Source: Antedon mediterranea (taxonomy: Eukaryota > Animalia > Echinodermata). Taken from it: a stretch of 64,000 nt of DNA. The translations under genes and the position numbers were made by a program. A model generated the notes under the pieces. That model did not search any database. It was given only the letters and a program-made list of their open reading frames with translations, and was not told the origin of the DNA. Below are positions 38,641-61,819 of the stretch, one piece after another (positions within the stretch are counted from its first letter, which is position 1; each line of letters starts with the position of its first letter). The stretch is taken from assembly GCF_964355755.1 (NCBI RefSeq), contig NC_092672.1:1116001-1180000 (forward strand), given 5' to 3'.

Positions 38641-39030
38641 TTTCATTTGTTTAATGTATTTTACTATATTAATTATAGATTTTTAAAAATATATATACCG
38701 GTATATATTTTTCCTATCCCTACACTTAATTAATTCATTGTTTTATAAAATATTGTTTGATTGATTCATGTCTCTCATAGGCTAGAGGGGAAAAGTTTTT
38801 TTAAATCACCATTCAGGGAAAAATTTCATTTAAAAATTTTGTTTAGCAAAATTGCTAATCAAACTGATTGTCGAGTCAAGAAACATAGTTTTGTATTGCA
38901 TTTTTTGCTACACAATTTTCAAAATGTGTAGCAATAAGGTTGTTTTGTATAGCTTTTTGCTATTCTACACTGGCTAAATTATTCCCTGCCATTCTTTATC
39001 AAATCTGCAACTGGGTAAAGAAAAGACAAA

Positions 39031-42000
39031 ATGGCAGATAAACAGATTAAAGTGGAAATCAACAACAGTGAGGTGATAGAAAGGCTTCCACTGGAACATC
39101 CACTGCCAAAGGAGATTCAAGACATGACCAAGGATGACACAGTCTGTAAATACTGTGGGATTAGTTATTTCATACATCATGAGGTCAAAGAATTGCAAGA
39201 TAAGGTAGCAATGTCTACACTATATTTTTATGTTTGTAAACTTTTAATCATATGTTGTCACGAATTTGATTTTATCATTGTACATAGTCTATTTTTGTAA
39301 TTCTTTATTTTATTTTGCTTGTATTGTTTGTCTGGAGTTTGGGACTTTGGCAGTAGTTGTCTGTGACAACTCCCTATGTTTCATTGAGAGAAATAAATAA
39401 ATAAAAAAACAATGTCAAGTAAAAATTTGTCCATTTCGCTGTTCTCTTGGTGACCTAGTGAAGAATTTGCACCAGACTCTAGGCTTCTTTTGCCATGCTC
39501 TTGAAAGCTACAGTAAGCACTTGTTTATGAGTTTCTATTGCTGCTGCGCTACTGCCCATATATCAGTGTACATTAAATAATCAGTCTAAAAAAATCACTG
39601 CTCTTTCAGCACTTTTCTTTACATATAAATGTCAACAATTTTAAGATTTAAATCTTACAATTGTTTTCATTAATTAATTAAAATAAAATATGATTATGAA
39701 TATTCATTACTAATAGTAAAACATGTCATTATTTATTTTGCATTGCGACATTTTAGGTAAAATCATTGGAACAGGACTTGATAGATTACCAAGCAACCAT
39801 TGCCAGAGAGCAATCTTTAAAAGATGAAATTAAAAGCATCAAAGAAAAACTTACACAAAGTCAACAATTGGTTAAAAGCAAAGATGATATGTGAGTTTCT
39901 ATGTTTGTAAAATTGTTTAAATAAACCCTTAAGCTCTATCTACACTATCAAACTTTATGTGACAAAAATATGTGATGTGCCAATATATGGACATGATGTC
40001 ATTTCACTACCATATTTGGGCACATCACTACACTCTTTGCTTGTCTAGCTGGTCATAACAAAAAATCCGCCCCTCCAAAGTTATTTTAATTTCTTGGGTA
40101 TAAACTAACTAAAATGTAATGTTTTGTTTAAAGTAGGTGCACTTAGTACCATAGTTAGTATGGTACTTATTGTTTAAATAAACTGTATTGTTGTTTTTTA
40201 GGATTCTTAAACAGAAAAGTAGTTTAAGTAAACAAACCAAAGAGATACAGAACTTAAATGAAACCAAGTCTCAACTACAAGATCAGTTACATAAAGAATT
40301 TATTCAAAATTCTATGTTAAGGTAAAGTTTCTTCTTTCCTCAATGAAACTATCGTTAATTTCCATAACAAATAATTTATTCTTCTTATACCAGTGGGTTG
40401 GGTCGGACTTTCTTATGCCAGTGAGTTGGGTCGGACTTTCTTATACCAGTGGGTTGGGTCGGACTTTCTTATACCAGTGAGTTGGGTCGGACTTTCTTAT
40501 ACCAGTGGGTTGGGTCGGACTTTCTTATACCAGTGAGTTGGGTCGGACTTTCTTATACCAGTGGGTTGGGTCGGACTTTCTTATACCAGTGAGTTGGGTC
40601 GGACTTTCTTATACCAGTGGGTTGGGTCGGACTTTCTTATACCAGTGAGTTGGGTCGTACTTTCTTATACCAGTGGGTTGGGTCGGACTTTCTTATACCA
40701 GTGAGTTGGGTCGGACTTACAGTAGTACGTCTACAGTATCTTGTATGTTCAGTAAAATATATAAGTACTTTTTAACGTAACTAAATGTTTTTGTATACAG
40801 AAAACAAAATAGCAATGTTATGAGCAGGCTTCCAGATTTGATGGCTGTAGTTAAGAAACAGAGGTCAGAGTTGACAAATATTCACACATTTGTCAGTCAA
40901 AGGTCAAAGCTGGTTAAAGAAACCATGGCAACACTGAATGCTAACATAGTTAGAGTGTGTGAAAGAGAGCTGTCAGGTTTGTTTTTATTGTTTTTAAGTT
41001 TCTATAGATACATAACCTTGCAATATTAACATCGGCAAGGGTTCGAGACTCACTCGCTCCATGGTTCTGGTGGTAGAATGTGTCTTCTCGGATAAGGACT
41101 ATAAACCGTAGGTCCTGTGTACACATCTGGCTCATGTGCACTTTAAAGAACCTAGTACATCTTTCGAGACGAGTAGGGGGTTACTCTGGTGTACTAGTAT
41201 ACACACAGCCACTGTCACTCTTCAAGAGGGCCCCTTGATTGTCAGCATCATACGCTGAGGTCACCCTCTATAAATAAGGTGTAATTCACCATGCTCATTC
41301 TTTTAACATTTTTTTTTTCTTTAATGTTGAACAGAAAAGCAGTCTTCACAAAAGAAGTTATCATTCCTTGAAGAAGAAATAAAGGACATGAGAGAAGAGA
41401 ACAGCAGTTTGAAGTTATTGTTGAAGGATAATGAAGCGAATGGTTCACGACTGGAAGACATGGAAGTGGAACTTGTCAACAGCAAAGATCATTGTCAACA
41501 TCTACGCGCTGAAGTCAACAGTATGGCGCATTATCTTGTCATTTTATCTGTTTTTTGTGAATAATCCCAAATAATACTTGCACAGCATTTATTAATGATG
41601 ATAATTGGATTTTGAAAAGTGCATGTTTTGGATTATATTGATTTGATAGTATGTAATAACATCAGTGCATTCGACCCGGGATATTTTGAAAATGTTGAAA
41701 ATAGTAATCCATAATACTGTATAGACATTGGATGCAGCCTTTACTACACCAAGGCACTGGTTTATCATCTTTCAATAATAATACTCATTCCTATATAGTG
41801 CTTATTGCGTTCGACATTATTACCTCAGTCATTTTTTTTAATGCTGCAAAATTAATGTTACCTTTGTAACGCACAATACTTTATATTAAGGTGGCTTTAT
41901 TATACTGAAGTCCTTTTTTTATGTAGGACTGCGTAATGATGTTGATAATGCTGCAAGCAGGTGTAGAACTACAGAATCAGAAGCTGCACAAATCAAGGAA

Positions 42001-45000
42001 CAGCTACGGTAAGTTGCTGGCCAGTGTATAACGGCTATGAGTGCTAACTGGCTAAACCCAGGGCCTCCAAAGCTTAAGGGGTACAGAGCATGAGCAGATT
42101 GAAGGGCCCCTTAAGAATGCTAAACCAGAGGTCGTTGTCCCCTGCATTATGCCTCTGATTATGTAGTAAATTTAATGTTTGGCACTGAGCTTTATGTGGT
42201 TCTTGAGCTCTATGTGGTTGCATATCGCAATAAAGTAGATTAACCAAGATTTCACAAATAAATTTGTCTACAGATAATTAGTTTAAAGTAAAAATAAGAA
42301 TAAAAGACAGAGATATTAGAGAAAAAAATAATTTTATGATGGAAAATTCAGTTATTGGTCCCAATAATAATAATTCTCATAAATTATATTATACAATTAT
42401 AGAAGAAAGACACAAGAAGTAGATGACGTCAGAGAACAGCAGAGAAAGAAAGATCTAGTCTCCGAGCAGATGTTTAGTAAATACCAACTGGAATTGAAAC
42501 AGAAGTCTGAGGAGCTTAGACTAGCCAGTATAGAGATGAAGAAATCCAAGCAGAAAATGGTGGATCAACATCGAATTGAAGAGGAAATTCAACGACGGGC
42601 TGAGGAGACAAAAAATGAATCTGAAGGGATAAGGGTAACGTTACGAAAGATGAAGGAGGAGTGTAAAGCTCTCAAAGAAGAAAGGTAACAGGATTCCAAT
42701 GTCTTATCAGTGCTTATCAATATAATAGATACTAAAATAGTATTTTTTATACTTAACCCAATGCTTTATACTTAACCCAATGCTTTATACTTAACCCAAT
42801 GCTTTATACTTAACCCAATGCTTTATACTTAACCCAATGCTTTATACTTAACCCAATGCTTTATACTTAACCCAATGCTTTATACTTAACCCAATGCTTT
42901 ATACTTAACCCAATGCTTTATACTTAACCCAATGCTTTATACTTAACCCAATGCTTTATACTTAACCCAATGCTTTATACTTAACCCAATGCTTTATACT
43001 TAACCCAATGCTTTATACTTAACCCAATGCTTTATACTTAACCCAATGCTTTATACTTAACCCAATGCTTTATACTTAACCCAATGCTTTATACTTAACC
43101 CAATGCTTTATACTTAACCCAATGCTTTATACTTAACCCAATGCTTTATACTTAACCCAATGCTTTATACTTAACCCAATGCTTTATACTTAACCCAATG
43201 CTTTATACTTAACCCAATGCTTTATACTTAACCCAATGCTTTATACTTAACCCAATGCTTTATACTTAACCCAATGCTTTATACTTAACCCAATGCTTTA
43301 TACTTAACCCAATGCTTTATTCTTAACCCAATGCTTTATACTTAACCCAATGCTTTATACTTAACCCAATGCTTTATTCTTAACCCAATGCTTTATACTT
43401 AACCCAATGCTTTATACTTAACCCAATGCTTTATTCTTAACCCAATGCTTTATACTTAACCCAATGCTTTATACTTAACCCAATGCTTTATTCTTAACCC
43501 AATGCTTTATACTTAACCCAATGCTTTATACTTAACCCAATGCTTTATACTTAACCCAATGCTTTATACTTAACCCAATGTTTATACTTAACCCAATGCT
43601 TTATACTTAACCCAATGCTTTATACTTAACCCAATGCTTTATACTTAACCCAATGCTTTATACTTAACCCAATGCTTTATACTTAACCCAATGCTTTATA
43701 CTTAACCCAATGCTTTATACTTAACCCAATGCTTTATACTTAACCCAATGCTTTATACTTAACCCAATGCTTTATACTTAACCCAATGCTTTATACTTAA
43801 CCCAATGCTTTATACTTAACCCAATGCTTTATACTTAACCCAATGCTTTATACTTAACCCAATGCTTTATACTTAACCCAATGCTTTATACTTAACCCAA
43901 TGCTTTATTCTTAACCCAATGCTTTATACTTAACCCAATGCTTTATACTTAACCCAATGCTTTATTCTTAACCCAATGCTTTATACTTAACCCAATGCTT
44001 TATTCTTAACCCAATGCTTTATACTTAACCCAATGCTTTATACTTAACCCAATGCTTTATTCTTAACCCAATGCTTTATACTTAACCCAATGCTTTATAC
44101 TTAACCCAATGCTTTATTCTTAACCCAATGCTTTATACTTAACCCAATGCTTTATACTTAACCCAATGCTTTATTCTTAACCCAATGCTTTATACTTAAC
44201 CCAATGCTTTATACTTAACCCAATGCTTTATTCTTAACCCAATGCTTTATACTTAACCCAATGTTTATACTTAACCCAATGCTTTATACTTAACCCAATG
44301 CTTTATACTTAACCCAATGCTTTATTCTTAACCCAATGCTTTATACTTAACCCAATGCTTTATACTTAACCCAATGCTTTATTCTTAACCCAATGCTTTA
44401 TACTTAACCCAATGCTTTATACTTAACCCAATGCTTTATTCTTAACCCAATGCTTTATACTTAACCCAATGCTTTATACTTAACCCAATGCTTTATTCTT
44501 AACCCAATGCTTTATACTTAACCCAATGCTTTATACTTAACCCAATGCTTTATTCTTAACCCAATGCTTTATACTTAACCCAATGTTTATACTTAACCCA
44601 ATGCTTTATACTTAACCCAATGCTTTATACTTAACCCAATGCTTTATACTTAACCCAATGCTTTATACTTAACCCAATGCTTTATACTTAACCCAATGCT
44701 TTATACTTAACCCAATGCTTTATACTTAACCCAATGCTTTATACTTAACCCAATGCTTTATACTTAACCCAATGCTTTATACTTAACCCAATGCTTTATA
44801 CTTAACCCAATGCTTTATACTTAACCCAATGCTTTATACTTAACCCAATGCTTTATACTTAACCCAATGCTTTATACTTAACCCAATGCTTTATACTTAA
44901 CCCAATGCTTTATTCTTAACCCAATGCTTTATACTTAACCCAATGCTTTATACTTAACCCAATGCTTTATTCTTAACCCAATGCTTTATACTTAACCCAA

Positions 45001-47870
45001 TGCTTTATACTTAACCCAATGCTTTATTCTTAACCCAATGCTTTATACTTAACCCAATGCTTTATACTTAACCCAATGCTTTATTCTTAACCCAATGCTT
45101 TATACTTAACCCAATGCTTTATACTTAACCCAATGCTTTATTCTTAACCCAATGCTTTATACTTAACCCAATGTTTATACTTAACCCAATGCTTTATACT
45201 TAACCCAATGCTTTATACTTAACCCAATGCTTTATACTTAACCCAATGCTTTATACTTAACCCAATGCTTTATACTTAACACAATGCTTTATACTTAACA
45301 CAATGCTTTATACTTTCTGAGAATGAAAATAATGTGAAAAATGCAATGTCAATTTGTCAAATTATTTTACTTTCTAAAAACTGAAATTTTAATTTAATGG
45401 TAATATTCTAAGTTTCTTTTTTTTCATAGAGAGTTGATGATAAATTCACATCAGAACAGAATCGAACAATTGAGAGAAAGTTTTAAGAAGAAACTCAGAG
45501 AAGCTGACAAATGGCCAGAAAGGGTAAATTAAGTTTGTATTTTGGTGTTTCTGTTCACATAGCAGGGACAAAATACAAATTCTGTATTCTGCTTTTACAA
45601 TTGAAAATCGGTCACCAAAGAGAAGTTTTGAAGTCATTGTTTTGTTATATGTCTGAATCTGAAGTAACCACTTGCCTGTAACATAAATGATTGCAATTTT
45701 AAATATTCTGATGATTTTGTGTTAATGTAAATTACCTGTACAGTAGTTTTGCTAAAAAACTTCAAATTGCCCAAAATCTAACATTAAAAAAGTGTGAATG
45801 TGCTATAAAAAAATTGAAAAAAGGTGTTTAAAGAACTTGGAAGAAAGGCTAAGACAGGTTTTTCAAATAGTATAGTAAGTATTGGTATTGGTGTGTCATG
45901 CTATCATTAATGGTATTGGTGTGTCATGCTATCATAATCATAATCATAATCATATTGCAAAGAAAAGACTTGTGTTCGGTCTGTAACCAACCTCTTTCTT
46001 TCAAATACAAAACATTATAAGTAGTAACTCATGTTTCAAATTGTTATTTAATCGTTAGATGTCTGAGGAGTCTAGAAAAGAGAAAGAACGGCACACCAAC
46101 GAATTAAAGAACTTGGAAGAAAAGCTAAGACAAGCTTTTCAAATGGTATAGTTTTTTTAAATGATTGTTGTGTCATGCTTGCAGGTATCATATCTATGAC
46201 CGAAAGTAGATAGATATTAATTTCTAGTACAGTATATACAGGTAAACAACAAAATACCATATGGCACTCATTAGCTGTCGCAAAATTATTAAATTGTCCC
46301 TCCTTTTGAAAATTAGGAAGTAATTCAGGACCATTGGAATAGTTAGACTTTGGCAGACTTATTAATCTTTTAACTATTAAGTACAGTACATGCTTTGATT
46401 TAAGTCATGCTTTGATTTAAGAACATGCTTTAGTTTTTCTTTTAAATTTCAATCGTTTAGTAATAGTCTTCTTTTAATACATGTCATATTTTAGGAAATT
46501 GATATTGAGAAAAACAGATGTGAAGAGCTTATACAAAAATACAAAGATGAAGTTAAAGACAATGATGAGAAGGTTCGTATAATGAGAATAAATCTTGGAG
46601 AACCATAGATGTACTACAACTACTCAATCATCAACTATATAGGCATTGGAGTCTGCCCTCTAGCCAATGTATAGAAGCTCATTGGGAGAGCACAATTACA
46701 AACACATCAGATTACTTCATTATAGTTAAAGTGTTTGTTTCGTTTCAATATTTTTAACAGTTAAAAAACGAGTTGAAGAGCATCTGCAGTAAACACAAAC
46801 TGGAAGTGAACCATTTACGACGACAAGCAGACGAAGCCAAGAATTCTGTCAATGAAATTGAAACTGATTTTAAGGATGAAATATCAAGTCTTAAGAATAT
46901 CATCAACAATTTACAAGACAGGCTTGGTAAGTTTATACAAGAATCATTATTTGTTGCACAGAAGAAACAATCAATGTATATGTATGGACATGATGATGTC
47001 ATATCACTACCATATTTGGTCATATCACTACCACATTTGGGCACATCACTACCATATTTGGGCACATCACTACCTTATTTGGTCATATCACTACCATTGG
47101 TCATATCACTACCATATTTGGGTACATCACACTAGTTTGACAACTTTATGCCAACTGGCTCAGTGTTATTTTATTCTATACTCAAAATAACGTACCTTTC
47201 TCATTTTTCCAATAACAGCTCATGTTGATCAAGATAGTGATGGGTCACTTGCCCAACTACGTGCAGAATTGAGAGAAGCAGAAGATGATTTAAATTCTGT
47301 GAAAGAAGAAAACCAACAATTGGAGGGAAAAATAAAAGATTCTAAAGAGGAGGTAACTTCAACAAATATATAATTAAAAACTTAGATATAAAGACAAATT
47401 TGAGAACTAATAATCTTTCTCATGTTTTATTTTAGATTCTTTTTCTCCAAGATACAGTAAGAAAAGAATGTGAAGAGAGATTTGATTTAACTGAGGCCTT
47501 AAGCCAGGCAAGAGAACAGTTACTGTCTTATCAAGGTCATTCGGCATCACGTAGCCCTGCATCGCGGTCTAGTTTAAGTCGGCCTAGCTCCAGTTCTAGA
47601 CCTAGCTCCAGTTCTATATCTAACTCCCGGTCTTATTCATCAAGCGTTAACCAAAGCAAAGACATAGACATTTCTGAGAGAAATTCTGCAAATGGTGCTT
47701 TAACATTGGGTGCTCAGTTTTCTCCCGGTTTATCCTCCGCTACAGTTTCAACTTCCAGTGTAAATATAGATTTTAATAGTCCTAATAGAAAGAAAAAGAA
47801 TGGTAGTTCAAAAGGGGGCAGCATGAGGGATAGTAGACAAAGGATAGCAGCTGCAATTGGCCGTAAATGA
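39031..47870 (+). CDS. LEKR1: Leucine-, glutamate- and lysine-rich protein 1 (coiled-coil), about 715 aa
   Basis: Exons 39031-39204, 39757-39890, 40202-40321, 40801-40976, 41335-41520, 41927-42008, 42403-42684, 45430-45523, 46059-46145, 46495-46572, 46761-46926, 47219-47352, 47436-47870; phase-consistent. Signature motifs HPLPKEIQDM..VCKYCGISY, ERELMINSHQNRIEQL and FLQDTVRKECEERFDLTEALSQAREQLL. Confidence 0.9.
40381..40719. repeat. 28-bp minisatellite x12 with strictly alternating G/A variant (56-bp higher-order unit)
   Basis: cagtggg and cagtgag alternate at 40391+28n. Confidence 0.92.
41027..41280 (+). mobile_element. 5'-truncated copy of the Deu-like SINE
   Basis: Matches 27410-27655 from taacatcggca onward, including the B box and core. 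Confidence 0.85.
42745..45315. repeat. 2.6-kb intronic satellite, 19-bp unit (TATACTTAACCCAATGCTT), about 135 copies
   Basis: Near-perfect array in LEKR1 intron 7 with recurring TATTC variants and 1-bp-deletion variants. Confidence 0.97.
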
Positions 47871-48110
47871 GGTTGCAACTGCAAGTACATGGTGCAATAT
47901 GAAGGAGACTGAAAGAATAGCAGAAATGAGGTTGCAACTGTAAGTACATGGTGCAATATGAAGGAGACTAAAAGAATAGCAGAAATGAGTTTGCAAATGT
48001 AACTTGTACAAAAGTACATGATGTCAAAAGACAGATTTTCAAGATGGTTTAGCAGCAGCTATAACAAGTTGCAAATGCAACTATAAGTACAGGATGTAAC
48101 ATGAAAGATA
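47864..48110. repeat. About 59-bp tandem repeat beginning at the LEKR1 stop codon (2 good and 2 decayed copies)
   Basis: aaatgaggttgcaactg.aagtacatggtgcaatatgaaggagact.aaagaatagcag is repeated. Confidence 0.7.
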
Positions 48111-48380
48111 GGTAGAGTATAGCAGGCTGCAAACGTGTTCAATATTTAGCATACCAAAACAACCGTGTTCAAAAATGTGATTTTACTCTGTACAGTTAGT
48201 TACATTATTTTTTAAAAATTGACAGCAGTTTCTTGTTAATTAGATTACAGCTATTTAACATAGAAAACTGGCATATAAACTTTGGATTAAGCGTTTAATA
48301 CTTAGTCAAAATGTATTTTGTGTAAATTCCTACAAATAACACAAGAATGTGGGTTTTTCATTGTCTGTGTTCCTTTAAAG

Positions 48381-48585
48381 CAAAACAGGGCAATGTTCAA
48401 CTTGTATGGTACTGCGAGTCCAACATGTGGAGCAACAATAGGACCGTACTGTCGATGCCAACCTAACTTTGCTGGGCGTACGCTTGTGACAAATGTAACG
48501 ATGGTTACTATAGTGAATTTGATTGTATTGGTTGTGACTGTGACATACAAGGCACCTTTAGTGAAATCTGTGACAAGGAAACATT
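48381..48585 (+). pseudogene. Frameshifted laminin-type EGF (LE) repeat fragment
   Basis: NLYGTASPTCGATIGPYCRCQPNFAGRT / frameshift / CDKCNDGYYSEFDCIGCDCDIQGTFSEICDKET fits the LE consensus cysteine spacing. Confidence 0.7.
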
Positions 48586-48593
48586 TTCGCTGT

Positions 48594-48723
48594 CAGGGCC
48601 AGATTCAATGGGGGCCCAGCTGACCCCCCTCTAAATTTCACAAATTGTAATGCAAAAGATAGGACATCAAATTAAGTTCAGCACTTGGCCCCCATTTATT
48701 TCAAAATCCTGGATCTGCCACTG
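48594..48723. mobile_element. Small degenerate non-autonomous DNA element (CAG..GATCC-type termini)
   Basis: cagggccagattca ... ctggatctgccactg imperfect TIRs with an internal GGGGGCCC/GGCCCCC; no clear TSD. Confidence 0.45.
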
Positions 48724-49739
48724 TATTGTAAATTATATGTGAAATGATCATTTAGTTAGTTCAACAACATCATCTATCCAGTAAATGCATTCTTCCATTA
48801 ATACTCATTGCCTTCCATTAGACAATTTGTCACAATGATCCATTTGAGCTAATTTTTCCAAATAATGATACGGTACTTAAATACCCATATGTACATCAGT
48901 ATGCCAACATCTGAAGTTGATAATGATAAGACTGAGGGTCGTTGGTTTTGAGCACTGAACAACTCATTAGCATGGTGTCTATATACTAGTATCATTATAA
49001 TTTGAAAATTGAGATAAATATAATTTATTAAAAATAATAATGTGAACAATGTGTTATTGTGTACTGCATTAGTGTTTACTATTGCCATAAGTGGTCTTCC
49101 TAATGACAAGTTGAAAGGTTTCTTATATAAAAACACCTGACGTGTTATTGCTCAGCTGTATTTAATTGTGCTTGACATCGAAATATGATGGCAATCAGGC
49201 ATCAAATGTTAATAGCATACGATATTGCCGCCTCACTAAAAACTAAATAAAATGTCCAAATATCTGCATCAGGCACAATTTTATTTTTTTTTTTCCAAAA
49301 AAAAAAATTGTCACGGTTATGGCTACTGTATGTACCATAATGTAATTATTAAATAATCCATTCAACCAACTGCACAATTAAACAAATTAATATTTTGTAC
49401 ATTCAGTAGTGTTTTTATTTAAAGCTGTATACTATAGTTCCTTGTATAATTTTATTTAAATTAAGATTTTCTGTTAAATAGTATGGTACCAATAAGAATA
49501 TGTATAAAATAAAATTAGATGTTGAAATTGTATAGCGCTGCACCAGTACAGGATTCATATGCTTCTTAGAGTGTGTGTATTGTAATATGTATGCACTACC
49601 ATACACATCATATGCAAAAAGTAGATTAATGATATTAAAACGGTGAAATATAGGAAATAATACAACAACATAGATATGCACAAAGCAGCACAAGTATGCA
49701 CTCAATCTCTACATTATTAATGCTGACCTAGATTTCAAC

Positions 49740-50200
49740 TTGGAATTTAATGGTTTTACTCCACGCTTCAATGGTTTCGTGTAGTAAACAAGTCACAGCG
49801 CCACCAAGATTTATGGACTTATTGACTCTGAAGAAGTGTTTTGGAGTAAATTCGAAACAAAAACATTGTTCTTTTGACTAATTAAAGTAAGTAGATTTGG
49901 TATTTTTACATGCGAAATGTAATATAAACAATTAAACTTTGTTGTGTTTTATTTTAAGTCCATAGCTGTTTTACCTACATCGGTTTGATTCAGTTTGCCG
50001 CCTGCTGCCTCAATCAATCGATGTAAATCTGACTGCTGAGAGCAACTGACCGGGCTAGGCCAAAAAAAAAACCATGCGAGAAATACAAAATGATGAATAA
50101 TAATTGTATATTCACTTCGGGGAGGGTATAACTGGTGGTGAAAACCCGTCTGATTGTGGGTGAATAGGCCTAAGCCAATCCTTAATGCGGTAGCTCATTT
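49740..50200 (+). promoter_or_regulatory. Putative PIK3CA promoter / non-coding first exon
   Basis: Local CpG retention; donor AAA|GTAAGT at about 49887; acceptor TTTTCAAAG at about 50440, upstream of the ATG. Confidence 0.45.
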
Positions 50201-50562
50201 ACAGTTGTTTTTAAATTGTACATCCATTAATTTGCAATATTGTATTGATTGATTGTTTAACTTTGTTTGTAATTGTTGTTTCCAACAGTATTTTTTTGCT
50301 GAAATTTCATTAACAATTTAAAAAAAAGTTAATTATTATTTTATTTTTACTAATATTTTAATAATAGTATCATTTTTTAAATTACGAAATCTTTCAGTTA
50401 AGCATTACACTTTTCTGTTGTATTTTCTTTCTTTTCAAAGATATGGCAAGTATTGAAAGATAATCTGCCAACTTTAATCAAAGAAGTTCTTTAAAAAAAC
50501 AAATACATTGAGATGTTTGTTGACTTGCAATATTCATCTCTGTGAAACACTTACCGGTCAAA

Positions 50563-59633
<9,071 letters not shown>

Positions 59634-61299
59634 TGACATGAGAACATTAAATACTGGTACTTAAGTGGGTACTTAAGCAGCAGTAAAGTAAAATTGTTGC
59701 GCGAGGTGAGCCAGCATATGTTGATAACACCAGTAATAGCACCGTCAAGCAGTTGATTTTAATCAACCAATGAATACGATAACTACATTTGGATAGATTT
59801 AGAAATTCTATTCCAGCTGTCCGGACATGTTAAATTCCAACTTTTTTCCACTATTAAAAAACATTTTATTTAATTTTATACTGTAAAACTGTTAAATTTA
59901 AAAAACCCAAAATAGAGTTTTGGTTTTTGTATCTTGAATCCACATACTTTTAACCTTGTGATTTAGTTTTTATTTCAGGCTATTTTAAAGATGTATTGTC
60001 CCTTTGACTAATTCCCAAAAAAAAGTTTTCTAAAAAAAGTGGGTCATTTTGAAGTATCATAATAGTTATTAACTTTCACCAAAAATTAGTAAAAAAAAAA
60101 ATAATTTAACCGAAATACAGATGTTTTTTTGTTCAAAAAATAACTTTGACTTCCAGTCAAAGTTTTCAATCAAAACATATCCCATAATGCAATGCGCTTG
60201 TTTGGCTACTCTGTATGCATATCATAAAACTTCCTCGCGATCTGTGTGAAAACACCTTCTCAACCGTGATGAGTTGTAAACAATCCTAATTAGCATCATG
60301 CATAATGCATACTCATGGTTTGAAATCTTTGTTTACTTTCGCTTGCGACGATTTCTCAGACGAAATGTAATCTAATTAATTTACCTGTTAATTACGTAAA
60401 CGTTGTTTTTGCCTCGAATTTAAGACTTAAAGTGAATAACTTTAATATTACTTTGATATGGCCAATTTAAATTTAGAATATTTTTTTTTTCATTTTTTGT
60501 GTTTCAAGGGACAATACATCTTTAACATTATTTAATAGCTCTTAGTTGATTTTGCCTTGAAAACAAATTTAAAATGAATCTAGAATAGAAAGTTTAGTAA
60601 CTTTTTCTTTAATATTTTGAATAATGTTGCTACTAGTCAATTCAAACAATTACTGTGTATTAAAAAAAAAAAAAACCTAAATTTAATTCTGTTCATTAAT
60701 TTTAATAACCATAAATGTTCACCCTATTGGGGAGTGCAAAATCTTAATTATGTATTGATCCTGTCCACGTTCTTCGTCTATAATGTTCAAAGAATGCGAG
60801 TTTAGTTTTTTAATCAAACAAAATGAAATGATAAAAATACAGTAATAATAATTTTATTGATTTTTCACAAGTAAAAGCTATTTAAGTAATAGTACTTTGG
60901 TCTTTTGGCACATTCATATTAATAAAACAATTAAAATATAAATCTATATACAATCATAAGTTGTCAAAATTAGATTATTCAAATATATATACTGAAATAT
61001 ACAATTTACATTAAATTTCATTAACAAATTGCCAACAATTCTATTAAGTAAAGTAAAAAAAGTTTACAAAACAATCATCACTGTTATAAAATATTACTAG
61101 TCTCAAGCTATTTACATTATTTACTTGTTGCTTAGTTACACTACTTAAATTAAAATGAAATATAATATTCCTTTCGTTAACAACAATACATTCTGAAATA
61201 CTTGTACACAAAAGATCAATGTAAATTAGTATTAATGTGAGAGGTACTTTAGTTTACTACATACAGTACTGTATGTACTTATTTCATTGTCTGCCCACA

Positions 61300-61555
61300 A
61301 ATGTATATAGACATCTAATGTGTCTATAGACATCTAAAAATCGTGTCTTTAGACATCTAATGTGTCTTTAGACATCTAATGTGTATATAGACATCTAATG
61401 TGTCTATAGACATCTAATGTGTCTATAGACATCTAATGTGTCTATAGACATCTAGGGCCTATATGTGTCTATAGACATCTAATGTGTCTATAGACATCTA
61501 ATGTGTCTATAGACATCTAGGGCCTATATGTGTCTATAGACATCTAATGTGTCTA
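61300..61555. repeat. 19-bp palindromic minisatellite (ATGTGTCTATAGACATCTA), about 12 copies
   Basis: Each unit contains the palindrome TGTCTATAGACA; two units carry a gggcctat insertion. Confidence 0.88.
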
Positions 61556-61819
61556 ACTTTACAGAAGAAAGAAAAGATGCAACATATTCAGCACAAATAA
61601 TTAATAAAATTAGGGGCAGAGGGATATTTCTTTGGTTGTAAGGATGCTCGATCAATTCTCTAGGCGCTGCATAGAAATGTATAGAGATCTGCATGCCACC
61701 CATTGCAGTTACACCTAACTAGACAGACATGGAATGATGTAGAGTCAGAATTAGCTGTTTTAGAGAGAGCATCATCATTCAGGATTTTATGGGTTGAATT
61801 TTTCTATTTATTTGACATG

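Noticed and set aside
42745-45315. Interstitial telomere
   Set aside because: The unit is 19 bp with a single TAACCC, not a (TTAGGG)n tract.
61700-61785. Possible C/D-box snoRNA on the minus strand (ATGATGA...CTGA)
   Set aside because: Only one CTGA, too close to the C box; no terminal D box or stem and no recognisable guide.
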